A stretch of DNA of 64,000 bases from Amphiscolops sp. MND2022. Taxonomy: Eukaryota. The DNA is taken from assembly GCA_964187785.1 (NCBI GenBank), contig OZ076409.1, positions 99,760,001 to 99,824,000 on the forward strand, given 5' to 3'. Shown one piece after another: positions 13,958-26,649 of the stretch. A model generated the notes under the pieces. That model did no database searches. It saw only the letters and a program-made list of their open reading frames with translations, and had not been told where the DNA came from. Positions within the stretch are counted from its first letter, which is position 1; each line of letters opens with the position of its first letter. The translations under genes and the position numbers were made by a program.

Positions 13958-14522
13958 TGTTGACAAGCAATAAGATTAAAAGCAAATAGACGTCACTCAT
14001 TTGCGTACTTTGGAAATATAATTGGAATATTCTAGAACATTCGATGATCGTAAAAAGTTCGAGAATATTCTAGAAAGTATTTGAATATTCGAATACGAAA
14101 AAGGCCTTGCTACGAAATATTGTTGGCAAATATTTACCACTCTGATGCTACTCTTTATGTTAATTTGATTATTGACAAATATTATATTGATCTTTTCGAT
14201 TCTTCATTTATATTATACGAATACTCTGAAAAACATACGGCCTCAAAAAACTTCAGTTAAATAATACACTATTGATCATCCTTATTTTTGACTCTCAAAC
14301 GATCTATAGAGCAGCTAACTCTATAGTAATTTCATGGTGGCCATAGAGAGGCATACTTTGAAAAAACCCCTATTCGCTTTACTTCGTTCTTTGAGTCCCG
14401 AAATACAGTAGTGTTTGACCCAATGTTACACCTTTGTTCAAAGTTACAGATTATCGATTCGATAAATTATTTCGGCCCATTTCCACGAAGAAACATGGGG
14501 AAGAGTAATTGATAGAACAACA
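13958..14522 (+). repeat. 5' LTR of BEL/Pao element
   Basis: tgttgacaag...gaacaaca, direct repeat of 23005-23569. Confidence 0.95.
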
Positions 14523-15326
14523 GCACAAAAAAAACAGAGCCTCGTTTTCCTTCCCGATAAATTTAAGGTGATCGTATTGCTTCGGCCACACTTCCCACCA
14601 ATCACTTGCTCTTCCATTTTCAAAGAACTGAGTTGCAAGATAGAAACTTTCGACGTGACAGTGTAGATTTATATTGGATCGTGAAAACCGATTCGAACAG
14701 CCCAATCTTGTTGACTCCTTGCACAACGGAATCCGAACAACCGAAAGGTTTCACTTTACATAGAAGCGAGCCTATTTCTGATAACCGAAACCCAGAAGTT
14801 TACCTACCCTGCAATTCAAAGAAAGCCCTAGGCGTGAAGCAAGAAGACAACCTCAACTTGCGAAGGTGAAGCCGTACCCCTCCCGAAAGCGACCTGTGAC
14901 GAACTGAAAATGACCCGTCACGCTCAAAACTGGGCGAAATCTGTGAACCAATTCGACACACAGCATCCGTCTCAAATTCGATCATCAGTTAGACCAGAAG
15001 ATACGGTATTTTGTGAGTAAAACAAACAATTGTTGCAAACACTGTTCATTGAGAAACCTCGATTTTGTTCCTCTTTTTTGTGTTTAATGATGTAAGTTTT
15101 GAATAGCAAGGCCTTTAAAGAAGAAAACGAGTTACACTTTTTTTGGAAGGTATCGTAATTTACCGTGAAAAAAGAAAAAAAACTGCCGCGAAATAACGAA
15201 TTTGTTTCATTGATTTGCCAGAAAAATTGTGAAAGTTTGTCAATCACCGCAAAAAGGGGCTGTGCTAGAAACACAGCGGAAACCTTATAATTTCAAACGA
15301 TTGAACGAATTATTGAAAAAAAGCGA

Positions 15327-15943
15327 ATGGTTTTTATTGTAGCGGCAAGTTCCGTTCATCATGCTCTTGACACCCTAAACCCCGTAAACGGAAAAATTTA
15401 TAACGAAAAAATTTTCTCAATCCCGGGCCTGAGCCTTAACACTAACACTAAAAATCCCCAAAAACTTGTGCAAAATTTGCTCTCTAAAGATCTTGCCGAA
15501 AAATCTGACATCATTATTTGGCATGATGTGCTGAATAACATTATTTCTAAACATGAGAGCAACAATTATCGAGCTTTAACAGTCCCTCAATTAATAGCAA
15601 TTTTAAAATCGATTGAAAATAAACTCCGGGCTCTAGTGTACTGCCACCGATTTCGTACACCGAACATTTTACAAACATTGAAGGAAATAGAAAATTCCAC
15701 GAATATTAAAGTGTTCAGTATCGTTGAAGATTTCATTTCCATGAAAAAACAGAAAGATCCTGACTTTCTCAAAAACTCAAGGCATTACACCAGAGCCCCG
15801 AGATTGAAATAAAGCATATTGACTTTATTCTGAGAAAAGAGAGCGAGCTTGACGCTATCACCAACAAAAGCCGCCCCAAGCGGCCTAGTAAGCGCGCCCG
15901 AAAGGCAATCAAGAACGCAGCGGCCATCGCTGCTTCGTCCTAG
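15327..15943 (+). pseudogene. Extra ORF upstream of gag, SGNH/GDSL-hydrolase-like, one frameshift at the A-run 15771-15775
   Basis: Motifs VFIVAASS, SIPGL, IIIWHDVLNN and (after restoring one A) KALHQS fall in SGNH block I/II/III/V order. Basic tail KSRPKRPSKRARK; stop TAG 15941-15943. Fold assignment is by eye. Confidence 0.55.
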
Positions 15944-16489
15944 ACCCCCTCCATCCGCCTTTAATGTACTGTAGTTACGGTGTCCGGACTTCATTGTCTG
16001 GTTGAAGTTTCTACAGTAGTTTACCCGTCTTCTTGAGTTGTGTCCGGACTTAATTGTCCGGTTGATACTCAGAAGTCTACTCCCCGTCTTTCTTCCTGCC
16101 GTTTGGACAGTGTCCAGGCTTAATTGTCTGGTCGAAGTTCTTTCGGCCTTCTTCCGCCCCTTGGGCACTTAATATTAGACGAACCATTGTCCTTTCGGGA
16201 AGAGCGTGTTTTTAGATCATCGTCTCGTCCCATGTAACTTCTTCCTGTGTCTTGTAATTACTTTTAAAAAACAAAAAAAATCGCAAAACTACTCTACCGT
16301 TGCTGTTATCGTGAGATACAGCCCGTCATCCAAAACACACCGTTACCGTTAACCCAAAATTTCTCCGTTCAGCTGTGTCTAAGCTTAATTGCTTGGTTGA
16401 CGCTGTCGAAGAAGTTACTCCTCAATCTCTTTGATTTAACATTTTCCTTACTACCTTGATTCATTCTCTAACAAAAGATCACGACAAAG

Positions 16490-19400
16490 ATGACCGACAC
16501 CAGACAAGACAAAGTTAGAAAACTTTTCGAAAGTCGTGCCAAAGCTGAGACCGAGTTACAAAGATTGCAAGAAAAAGTTCAAGATGCCGTGGAGAACAAA
16601 GATAGACGTGTCCGCGTCGAAAGACTTGTTACTTCCTGCGACGAAGCGATGACTAAACTGTTTGCCAAACATGAACAACTTTTCGAACTCGCTGGCAAAA
16701 CAGAAACCCATCACTTGTAAAACAAGGTTTGGAAACTTGGTTGAATGAAGTGACCACTCGAAACGATGAGATTTTAAAGAAGGCTCGTGATTACATCGAT
16801 CAGTGCCCGCCCGTCGATGGAGCATCTCAATCGTCAACGACTGTCACCAGGAGAAAGCAACCAAGCAAAACGTCAGCTTCAAGGACATCTAGACAATCGA
16901 GAACATCCAGTCAACGGCAACGAGACTTGCTAATTGCTAAGCAACGTAAGGAGGAGATAGAAAGGCAAAACGAAGCCGCCCTTAGAATTGCAAAGCAACA
17001 GCAGGAACTGGAACTCGAACGTCTACAGGAAGAACAGGAACTCCTTAGACTGAGAACCGACCGACTTAAGAAAGAACAAGCACTTCGAGTTGAACAGTTA
17101 GAAGAAGAAAACCGAAAGAAACTAGCTGAAGCAACACTCACCGAGCTTGAACTAACTGAGGACTTGTCGGACTCTCAATCGGAGTTTCTAGACACAGTTT
17201 CACAACTAGCGGCTTCGACTAAAGCCGACGACACTGTCCGAGTCAGCGAGTGGGTTAACAATTCACCCGTTGCTAGTGCAAGTGATCCCACAAACACCGT
17301 TATTTTGGAACCGAACGTCGTTATCGTCACTACCGCAGCACAAAATTCAGTCAACAGAGGAGCTCCTACAACAACGCCAACACCTAGCTTCCCAGTAGTG
17401 ACTCCTGTAGCCCTTCCAACCGCTTCGACGACTAACATAATGCCTCCAGCTACAGGACCAGCTTCAATAGTTTACCTACCAAACACTGGCCACGTCCAGG
17501 TTCCCCAGTCGACCACAACGTTCAGGGGACAAATGCTCCATCGGTAACTGCTTCAGCCTCAGCTCCTTTGGCAACCGCCACGCCAATTCCGATTTCAACA
17601 GTCACCGTTCCCGCAAGTCATGTTCTTCCAAATTTATCAGCCTGGACGTTCCCGACAAGACCAAGTAACCCACCCGTGACAGTAACCCCCGTAACTTCGA
17701 GCGCCACTGTGTTTCCGACAGTTATACCGGCTACTAGTGTCGCCCCAACAGCTTCGCCTGTTATTCCAGTCACCGCTGGAGGAACAGTATACTATATTAA
17801 CCCGACGTCTCTCGCAACTGTGCCCGCACCGAGCAGCGCACCAGTACCGACTACTTTCCCGGCCGTTCCTTCAACAGCAACACTGTTGGCAACTCCCCCA
17901 TTCGTCACTGTACCGCAACCTGCTACTACCAGTTTCACTATCCAAGATCTTGCGCAACTGTTAGCGTCCTCGAAAAGGGATCACCTCCCTGAATGGAAAC
18001 TGGCCCAGTACAGTGGAGATCCACTTCAATGGCACGAGTGGTTTGGCCAGTTCAAGAGTGCCATCGATTCAGCGCCCCTTACCGATGACGTGAAACTGAC
18101 CTACTTGAAGACATTGGTGTCCGGTAAGGCAAAAACTGCTATAGCCGAGTTTGCATATTGTGGTACTATGTACAAAGACGCGTTGAAAACGTTGGAACGA
18201 AAGTTTGGGCAACCTCAGACTGTTGTTAGTGCTTACCTCGACAAACTCGCCAATTATCCGCCAGTAAAGATGCACAATAGCGACAGTATCATCAGCTATT
18301 CTGCCACAGTCGCCTCACTGGTTGGTGTTTGAACTACCTGCAGGATCTGTCGAGTGCTTCTCTCCTGGGCCAAGCGGTTCAAAAACTTCCACCAAATTTG
18401 AAAGAAGCGTGGTCGATGAACACCGTCAAACGGAATCTGGATCGACCGACTTTGATTCATTTCAACGATTGGCTAAAGGAGAAGGCAGAGGCACACGAAA
18501 GAATGAAAGCCGCCTCCAGTAAACGAAGATCCGAAGAAGTTCCTGTCGCTACCGTAACCAAGACCAAAACAGGAACCAAGGTCTTTGCGGCGACCACCAG
18601 TAACCAAGGAAACGGCGCTAGCAAGGTTAAAAGTGAGAAACAATGTGTAGCGTGCAAAGACAGTCACCCGCTTTGGCGTTGTAGAGTGTTCCGCCAAAAA
18701 ACTCCGACCGAGAGAACCAAGCTTGCCGCTGAGAGCAAACTCTGCTTTTCTTGTCTCAACGAAGGACATTCATTCCGGCAATGCCCGCAACCAAGAAAAT
18801 GCACCAAAGACGGCTGTAGCAGCTCTCATAACACCTTACTTCACGGCTCCGACAGAATTTTTCCACAGAAAAGTCCCGGCGACGCGAAAAATTCTCAAAG
18901 TAAAACGTCAAAGGTCAGCCAAAGACAAACTGGCAGCGAAAGCTCCGGCATGCCTTCCGTAACCGACGTCAAAGGCTTGTTGCAAATAACAGAAGTCGAA
19001 TTGACATCGCCGTCGAGCTCTGCTAAAATTCTTGCTCTATGTGACTCAGCTTGTAGTCATTCATGGATCTCGAGAAGATTAGCCGACAAGCTACAAGTTA
19101 AGGGCTCAGCAACCAAGTTAACCGTACATGGGATAAACTCCCAACAACTGATCGACACGGAAACGGATGAGCTTAAGTTGACACCCGTTCATTCGGGTGG
19201 CTCTTGTTCATCTTTTCCTGTCACTCCTTACGTCCGAGATGATTTGAAAGTTGGAAACGACATTATCGACGTTGACAAACTGAAAACGACTTACCCGCAT
19301 CTGGAACCCTCAGCAAGTACAGCTATTCAGACGTAGAGATGATCCTTAGTCAGGATGTCTTCCACTGTATCCGCCCATTGGAGTACTTCGAAACCGACCG

Positions 19401-22400
19401 TCCGAATACTCCAATAGCCGTCCGTTCACCGTTGGGTTGGGTACTGAGTGGTCCGCTTCCTTCCACCACGGGTCTTTTCTCGACTTGTTTCAAAGCTGTC
19501 ACTAGCTCAGAGAAGGATTCTATTCTTGCCGAACAACTTCGCAGCTGGTACGACATTGAGTCATATGGTGCCTACAAGCAAGTTGACCCTCGCTCCGCAG
19601 CCGATGCGCGAGCGATGAAAATCCTCGAAGAGACGACATTCAACGATGGCTGCCGTTACCAAGTTGGAATGTTGTGGGCCGACGAAGAAAGTACGTTGCC
19701 GAACAACTACTTCTCGGCTCTTGTACAACTTAAGTCGTTAGAACGCCGCCTCGGAAAAGATCCTCAACTGAAAGAGAGCTACAGCGAGACAATCAGAGAG
19801 GACTTCGAAAAAGGGTATATCGTTCGAGTCGATAAGTCCGAATGTTTCCGTACCGATAACCGTCGTGAGTGGTACTTGCCACATCACCCCGTAGTACACC
19901 CGCACAAACCCGGCAAAGTGAGAAGAGTTCTCAATGGTGCTGCAAAGTTCCATGGACACTCTTTGAACAACGCCCTTCTAACCGGTCCGGATCTACTGCA
20001 AACTTTGATCCATATCCTCTTCAGATTCCGTCAATTTCCCAAGGCCGTGTCCGCCGACATTGAAGGCATGTTCTTACAAGTGGGAGTTATACCGAAAGAC
20101 CAACCGTCCATTCGTTTTTTTGTGGCGGGAGGATCCATCAACTGAAGTTGCTGTTTTTCAGTACGTAAGACACATCTTCGGGTCGAAGGACTCTCCGACT
20201 TGCGCAAATTACGCTCTGAAGAGGACCGCAACCGACAACGCCGACAAATTTCCGAAAGCCGCTCAAAGCGTGCAGAATAATTTCTACATGGACGACTACC
20301 TCGAGTCTAGTCCCACTGCCGACGAAGCTTCCCAGAAAGCCAAATACTTAGTGAAATTTCGCTGGGTGGATTCAACCTAACGAAGTTTGTGTCTAACGAC
20401 CGAAACATCTTGCAACAAATCGAACCAAACTCTGAGTGCCAACCCAACGATGGTAAACAGTTACCGACAACTGAGGAATCATCGCACGTACTTGGCCTCA
20501 AATGGAACCACGTCTCGGATACACTTGTTGTTAGCCGAGGCACCACTCCCGACACAAACCGAACTGTTACTCAACGAGTTGTTCTCAGCCTCGTCTCCGC
20601 CGTGTACGACCCTATTGGGCTCGTAGCACCGTACACCGTGAAAGCCCGACTTCTGCTGAAAGACATATGGAGACTGAGCGGCCAGAAATGGGATGACCTT
20701 CTCCCGGAGGACATTGTAACCAAGTTTCTGGACTGGCGTTCTGAACTGGGAACTCTTAGTGAACTCGTGATCCCAAGAAGTTACTTCCAGCAAAATATCG
20801 AGCGTTTGGAGTTACATATGTTTGGTGACAGTTCGCAAGATGTCGTTAGTGCCGTAGCTTTCCTCAGAGGGAAAGTCAACACTGGAGATGGTTGTTCTTT
20901 TGAAATAGCCTTTGTGTTTGGCAAAGCACGAGTTGCGCCAATGAAAGCACTGACCATTCCCAAACTCGAACTGCAAGCCGCGTTACTCGCCGCAAGATTG
21001 AGAAACGAAGTGCAACGCGCGCTCACTTTGCAGATTAAAAGAACATTTATGTGGACTGACAGTACTACGGTCCTTCAGTGGCTACATTCTCTAGAGAAAC
21101 AGCCGGTGTTCGTTGCAAACCGTGTTGCAGTGATACTCGAACTGACAACTGCAGATGAGTGGTACCATGTTCAATCCGCCGACAACCCTGCTGACGCCGG
21201 AACTAGAGGCTTGTCTGCCAAGACGCTCCTGCAAATTAGTTGGTTAAAAGGCCCCGACTTCTTGAAAACAAACCAATGGCCCTTCAGGCCATCTGAAGAC
21301 TTCCGACAGAAACTGAAACAAGTGAAACCGGATCCGACTGACAAACTAGTTACAGACTCTTCGTCAATACTGTACGAAATCCAAGTTGCAATTGCAAAAA
21401 CTTTCGAGTGGCAGAAGTATTGCTCATACGAGAAACTCCTGCGCATTGCAGCCTATGTTTTGCGGCTCTTACCAAGAAACAGCGAATACAGGACAGACAC
21501 AGGTGCCATTATGGATCCGGCCGAACTTGATAATGCCGAACAACGTCTTTTCTACCTGACTCAGGCAGAATCATTCCAAGTTGAAAGAAGTAATTTGCTG
21601 AAGTCAACTCCGCTCAATAAAACTTCCAAACTTGCCCAATTTTCTCCCTTTATAGGACCCAACGGGCTCCTCAGAACCTCTGGTCGAACAAGAAATCTTG
21701 ACGGTGCAACATTCGATGTGAAATACCCCATTCTTTTGGACGCCCGACATCCCTTGCTTCGACTCTTGTTGGAACAAACGCACGTCCGACATTGTCATCA
21801 AGGCGTTTACTACCTCCGCGCTTTGATACAGCAACGTCTTGCCGTGATCAAACTTCGAGCAACTTTAAGAACAATAGTTTCGAGGTGTGTCACATGCCGT
21901 AAGCGAAGAGCTGAAACTATTACTCCAGTGATGGCGGACCTCCCGCGAGAAAGACTTGCTTTCAAAGAACCCCCTTTCGCGAACACTGGTGTGGACTATT
22001 TTGGACCCTTCTTTGTAACCGTGAGGCGGTCCACTGAAAAACGTTGGGGTTTCCTTTTCACATGTCTAACGACTCGCGCGGTTCACTTTGAAGTAGTTCC
22101 TAGCATGGACACCAGTAGCTGTGTGATGGGAATAGAAAGATTTTGTGCCCGTCGTGGAATCCCATCAGTAATCTGGTCCGACAATGGAACAAACTTCGTT
22201 GCTAGCGAGAAAGAACTTTTGTCCAACATTAACAACTGGAACCAGCAAGTCCTCGGAGGAACACTTGTAAAAAAAGGCATAAAGTGGAAGTTTAACCCAC
22301 CAAGTGCTCCCCATCACGGAGGTGTTTGGGAACGCCTAGTTCGTAGCTTCAAGCACGTTTTCTATGCCATTCTTGGAAACCGCTGTTTGACAGACGAAAT

Positions 22401-22878
22401 CTTGACGACCACGTTCTGCTTGGTAGAACAATGTCTCAATGCTCGCCCAATCACTCCCGTGAGCCCTGAAGCTACTGATCTCGACGCTCTTACACCAAAC
22501 CACTTTCTCCTTGGAACTGCAAGTTCAACATTGCCATCACACTTCCGCCCCGAAATAAACCATCGAAAGCGATACGTTCGAGTTCAAGCGTACTCAGACG
22601 CAATTTGGAATCGTTGGCTCAAGGAGTACGTTCCAAACCTCAACCGTCGCCCCAAATGGTCCAAGTCGTCAGACCGAGACCTGAAAACCGGAGATCTCGT
22701 CTGGTTAATCGAACCGACCGCACCAAGAGGACACTACCCACTTGGTCGCGTAGTGAAGTTAAATTACGGCACCGATGCCATCGCCCGTTCAGCCGAAGTC
22801 AAGACATCTACCGGAAACCTTGTTCGCCCAGTTGTCAAGCTCGCTCCCGTTCTCCCCATTCCCGAACAATCTATATAA
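16490..22878 (+). pseudogene. BEL/Pao gag-pol polyprotein (several frameshifts/stops)
   Basis: DUF1759-like gag (YSGDPLQWHEW), three Cys-His knuckles (CVACKDSHPLWRC, CFSCLNEGHSFRQC, CTKDGCSSSHNTLLH), protease LCDSAC, RT (YLPHHPV, ADIEGMF, YMDD at ~20285), Pao RNase H (FGDSS, IPKLEL, NPADAGTRG), integrase (GVDYFGP, SDNGTNF, WERLVRS). Confidence 0.95.
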
Positions 22879-23004
22879 TTTTGTTTTTGCTTCATTTCAC
22901 CGTACATTATTTACATTATAATCTTTATTATATTTCATGTAACATGTAAAAAAAAGTTTTTGTTTGATTGACCCGTTTCTCCACATCTTCTTGGGCCCGG
23001 AGGA

Positions 23005-23569
23005 TGTTGACAAGCAATAAGATTAAAAGCAAAGAGACGTCACTCATTTGCGTACTTTGGAAATATAATTGGAATATTCTAGAACATTCGATGATCGTAA
23101 AAAGTTCGAGAATATTCTAGAAAGTATTTGAATATTCGAATACGAAAAAGGCCTTGCTACGAAATATTGTTGGCAAATATTTACCACTCTGATGCTACTC
23201 TTTATGTTAATTTGATTATTGACAAATGTTATATTGATCTTTTCGATTCTTCATTTATATTATACGAATACTCTGAAAAACATACGGCCTCAAAAAACTT
23301 CAGTTAAATAATACACTATTGATCATCCTTATTTTTGACTCTCAAACGATCTATAGAGCAGCTAACTCTATAGTAATTTCATGGTGGCCATAGAGAGGCA
23401 TACTTTGAAAAAACCCCTATTCGCTTTACTTCGTTCTTTGAGTCCCGAAATACAGTAGTGTTTGACCCAATGTTACACCTTTGTTCAAAGTTACAGATTA
23501 TCGATTCGATAAACTATTTCGGCCCATTTCCACGAAGAAACATGGGGAAGAGTAATTGATAGAACAACA
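23005..23569 (+). repeat. 3' LTR of BEL/Pao element
   Basis: Direct repeat of 13958-14522. Confidence 0.95.
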
Positions 23570-24654
23570 GGGGACCCGCTCTGCGGTAGGCGAATGTTCA
23601 TCAACAAGGCGTACCTCGGCTGCGGTTTGGATTCTGGGTTTTTGGTCGTTTCCTGCTTGCCTCCGTCCGATGACAAGGCCCCGGCTTGCGACTGGGAGGA
23701 CTTCTCGGGGAAAAAGGTGGAGAACCGGAAGCGCAAATGTGCCATTTTCTACACTCCCGATTCGGATGCCACCACCTGGAATTCGTACAAGTTCTTGATC
23801 GCATCGGCCATCGAGATCTTCGTTAAGTGAAGATGACGTCATAAGTAATTGAGCTCTGTCTGTTCAACGTGTAGATACAAACTGTTTGCCTTCAAGTCCT
23901 CATTCGTACTGTATGTAATGGATTCATGGTTTTAGAAATAAAAATTTTTTGCACTTGGTTTTGGCTCTTCCGCGACCAAATTACTTCAGTTTGCTTTAGA
24001 ACATGCAGCAAAAGTATTGACATTAACAGCTTAGATCAGAGTTACTAGATGTGAACCATAAAACGGAACGCGTGAAAATTTTGTTCATAAGAGTTCGAAT
24101 ATTTGAATTTTTTCTAAACTCTGAACGTTGTAATTCTCAATTCAGCCGTTCGTTTTGACAACTTTTCGAAGCGAAGAAAGTTTACACATTTTGTGCAAAC
24201 CCGTGCTATGCTAAATTTAAACATGACAGCGATCAGGATGCGAGGTGTCAGTAAAATAAATGTCAAGTATAATAGCATGGTATGATGAGATACTTAGCTG
24301 GCACGCGATGAGCCAACAAAACTTTGGACGATTCGAAACAATGTTTTGAAGATGGTTGGAAGTTGATTCTCTCGACAAGATTTTTGTTCAGAATAACTTA
24401 TTCGCGTTTCTTGCCAGTGTCAGCTTGATAAATTTGAATTGCATTAGAGAAATTTTAATGCATGGAGGTTTCCCTGAGAACTTTATAAAATCATGAAAAT
24501 TTAGCTTGGTAACCTACAAAAACTTGTAAAACGTTCAAGCAGTTCCAACCAGGGTGAAATAGATATTTAGCAGTTTAATAAGGTGGAATAGTGAAGCCTA
24601 CGAGTGATTGTTGAATTGTGAACTTCGATTTACGCCAGTTTTATTTTTGATAAG
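23570..24654 (+). repeat. 1085-bp duplicate of 12873-13957, including the 3' part of host exon 2 (gene fragment 23570-23830)
   Basis: Near-identical (about 6 substitutions seen). It starts right after the 3' LTR, while the original ends right before the 5' LTR. Confidence 0.95.
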
Positions 24655-24817
24655 TGATTCAAGAAATCTTTCCGCCCTCGAAATCTGAATTTTCTACAGT
24701 CAATGGGCACCATGGGACTGCGAGGGTCATCGATAAACTCCGAAAGGGCTGTGATGCTTGGCACCAGTTCGACTCCAAATCGCTCGCTTTTGATTGACAT
24801 GTAACAAATTCTATTTA

Positions 24818-25901
24818 CCGTATATTCCGGCGTATAAGCCCCCCTCGGCGTAAATTGTTGATTTACGGTATGTTGGTGTCATATAAGCCCCCCCCCCCTA
24901 AATCAAGCAAAATTGTGTAAATTGAATGAATTTTCAAGGTATAAATTCAAATTTTAAGTCTCGGGCCACAATCGGAGTCATCATCTGTGATTTCCTCTGG
25001 CTCTGAAACTTCTTTGCAAAGAAATTCAACTGCAACGTCATCCAACTCATCATATCGGTGAAAAGTGATTGCTTCAAATTGCATTTTCTGCATTTTCCAC
25101 AACTTGAATTTCATCAATTCCCCCACTTTTCCTCCCTTATCAAATCATCTTTAGTTCCGTCCAAATTATTCGAAATATCAGTCTTCTTGAAATATTTTTC
25201 AACCATCTCAATTTTCACAGAATTCCATTAATCAACAACCCATTTTGCAACTTTATAGCAAGACGCTCTCTTGATGTTCCCTCGTAAGTCATCCACCTCT
25301 CTGTTGACAAGCAATAAGGCCATACAAATAATTGAAAGCAGTTCGTTCTTTTTCAAGGCAGTTTAAAGAAAAGGATGCGCGCTAGATTTGAAAGCAAAAG
25401 ATCGTGAGTTCGATCCCCGGAAATGTAAAAATCCGTTCATATTTTGGAAACATGTCTTTGATTTCTGTAAAATAACCTTTAGAAGGCCTTGCTATGTCTG
25501 TTATTGTTGTTTGTTTTTGTTGACAAATATGTATTGTTCATTTTGCCGTTTACTATGCATAATTTGCATGTTTTGATTATTCTTTGCCATCAATCTGGAG
25601 CAAAATTTGAATGTATAAAGCCAAATAAAACAGTATTGGGTATCTTGCTTTCATGCGATATTTAAACGAACTATAGAAAAGGCCGATTCCTATAATTATT
25701 TCACTATCCGTCAGTCAGACGCCACAAGGTCAGGGTAATTATTGAGTTTTCTTTGGCAATTTGATGTTTTCGATCAAAATTCATGCCACGATTTTGATTC
25801 TAAAAAATGATCTTCGTTTTATGTTCGTCGTATAAGCCCCCCAACTTTTGACCAGGGTAACTACAAATTCAAAAAGGGGGCTTATACGCCGGAATATACG
25901 G
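24818..25901 (-). mobile_element. Internally deleted pogo-like (Tc1/mariner superfamily) DNA transposon
   Basis: TIRs ccgtatattccggcgtataagcccc with TA on both sides. Minus-strand remnant ~25130-25285 reads GNIKRAS..VAKWV...ISNNLDGTKDDLI, resembling pogo DDE transposase C-termini. Confidence 0.85.
25302..25620 (+). mobile_element. Probable LTR fragment related to the BEL LTR, inside the pogo relic
   Basis: Begins with the same 17 nt as the BEL LTR (tgttgacaagcaataag) and shares aaggccttgcta and ttgacaaatat. Right end and TSD not found. Confidence 0.45.
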
Positions 25902-26649
25902 TACTAGATCGATGAAAAAGTAACACTTTTGGTCAAATTGATTCAATTTTTTTCCAGCAAATTCGCATCAACAAAGATGCCAATCGTCCTCGAAATGTAT
26001 CTAACATTATAGTATAATTTTTATGCAGATTTTTTCAAACAGAGGTTTGTAGTTCTAATACCATAGTGCAAAAAAACACTTCTTTATTTTGACGGAGACT
26101 GTAAAAAGTCTTTCCAACCAGTTACAAACTAGAGCCAGGAATTGGTTGCGTAAAGCACATTACGATACATATGCCGCAAAAGTAAACTTTATCATCCATT
26201 GTAAAGTGTATTTTCCGTAAAACGAGAGCGAACAGTATTCTAGTCAAATAGTGCATAGTGTTCATCGCGGATTGTGATGCACGGTGTAATAAGAACGGTG
26301 TATTGGCTGTTAATCGAACGAGCAAGATCTTGCTAGTTCGTTGCGGCATATGTATTGTAATGCAATAACGCAATTTTTCGCGCAACTTTTGCCATATTTC
26401 GTTTTTACGCAACGTTTTGATTTTCATGAAGCAATTTTGACTGTTTTTTCATTGAAATAGCATCTGAAACACAGGAACGACTCTTGTATATCTTGGAAAT
26501 GTATGCATTGTTCAGAGATTTGTGAGAAACAGCGTCCTGAGGTTGCAAATACTTGTAAAAGTCTTACACAATAGCAACCTGTGTAAGTGAGTAATAATCT
26601 TACACAATAGCAACCTGTGTATCTTGCATTGTGAATTGCCCTGAAACAT

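Larger units (their letters stand above)
13958..23569 (+). mobile_element. BEL/Pao LTR retrotransposon, full length, coding region mildly decayed
   Basis: 565-bp LTRs (TG...CA) at 13958-14522 and 23005-23569 with 3 differences seen. PPT-like gggcccggagga precedes the 3' LTR. BEL-type gag-pol lies between. Confidence 0.97.

Noticed and set aside
15980..16140. CRISPR-like repeat-spacer array
   Set aside because: Only three imperfect units, the apparent spacers pair as outer stems and share sequence, there are no cas genes, and the context is a eukaryotic retrotransposon.
26562..26621. 24-bp direct repeat pair
   Set aside because: Simple local duplication with only two copies.
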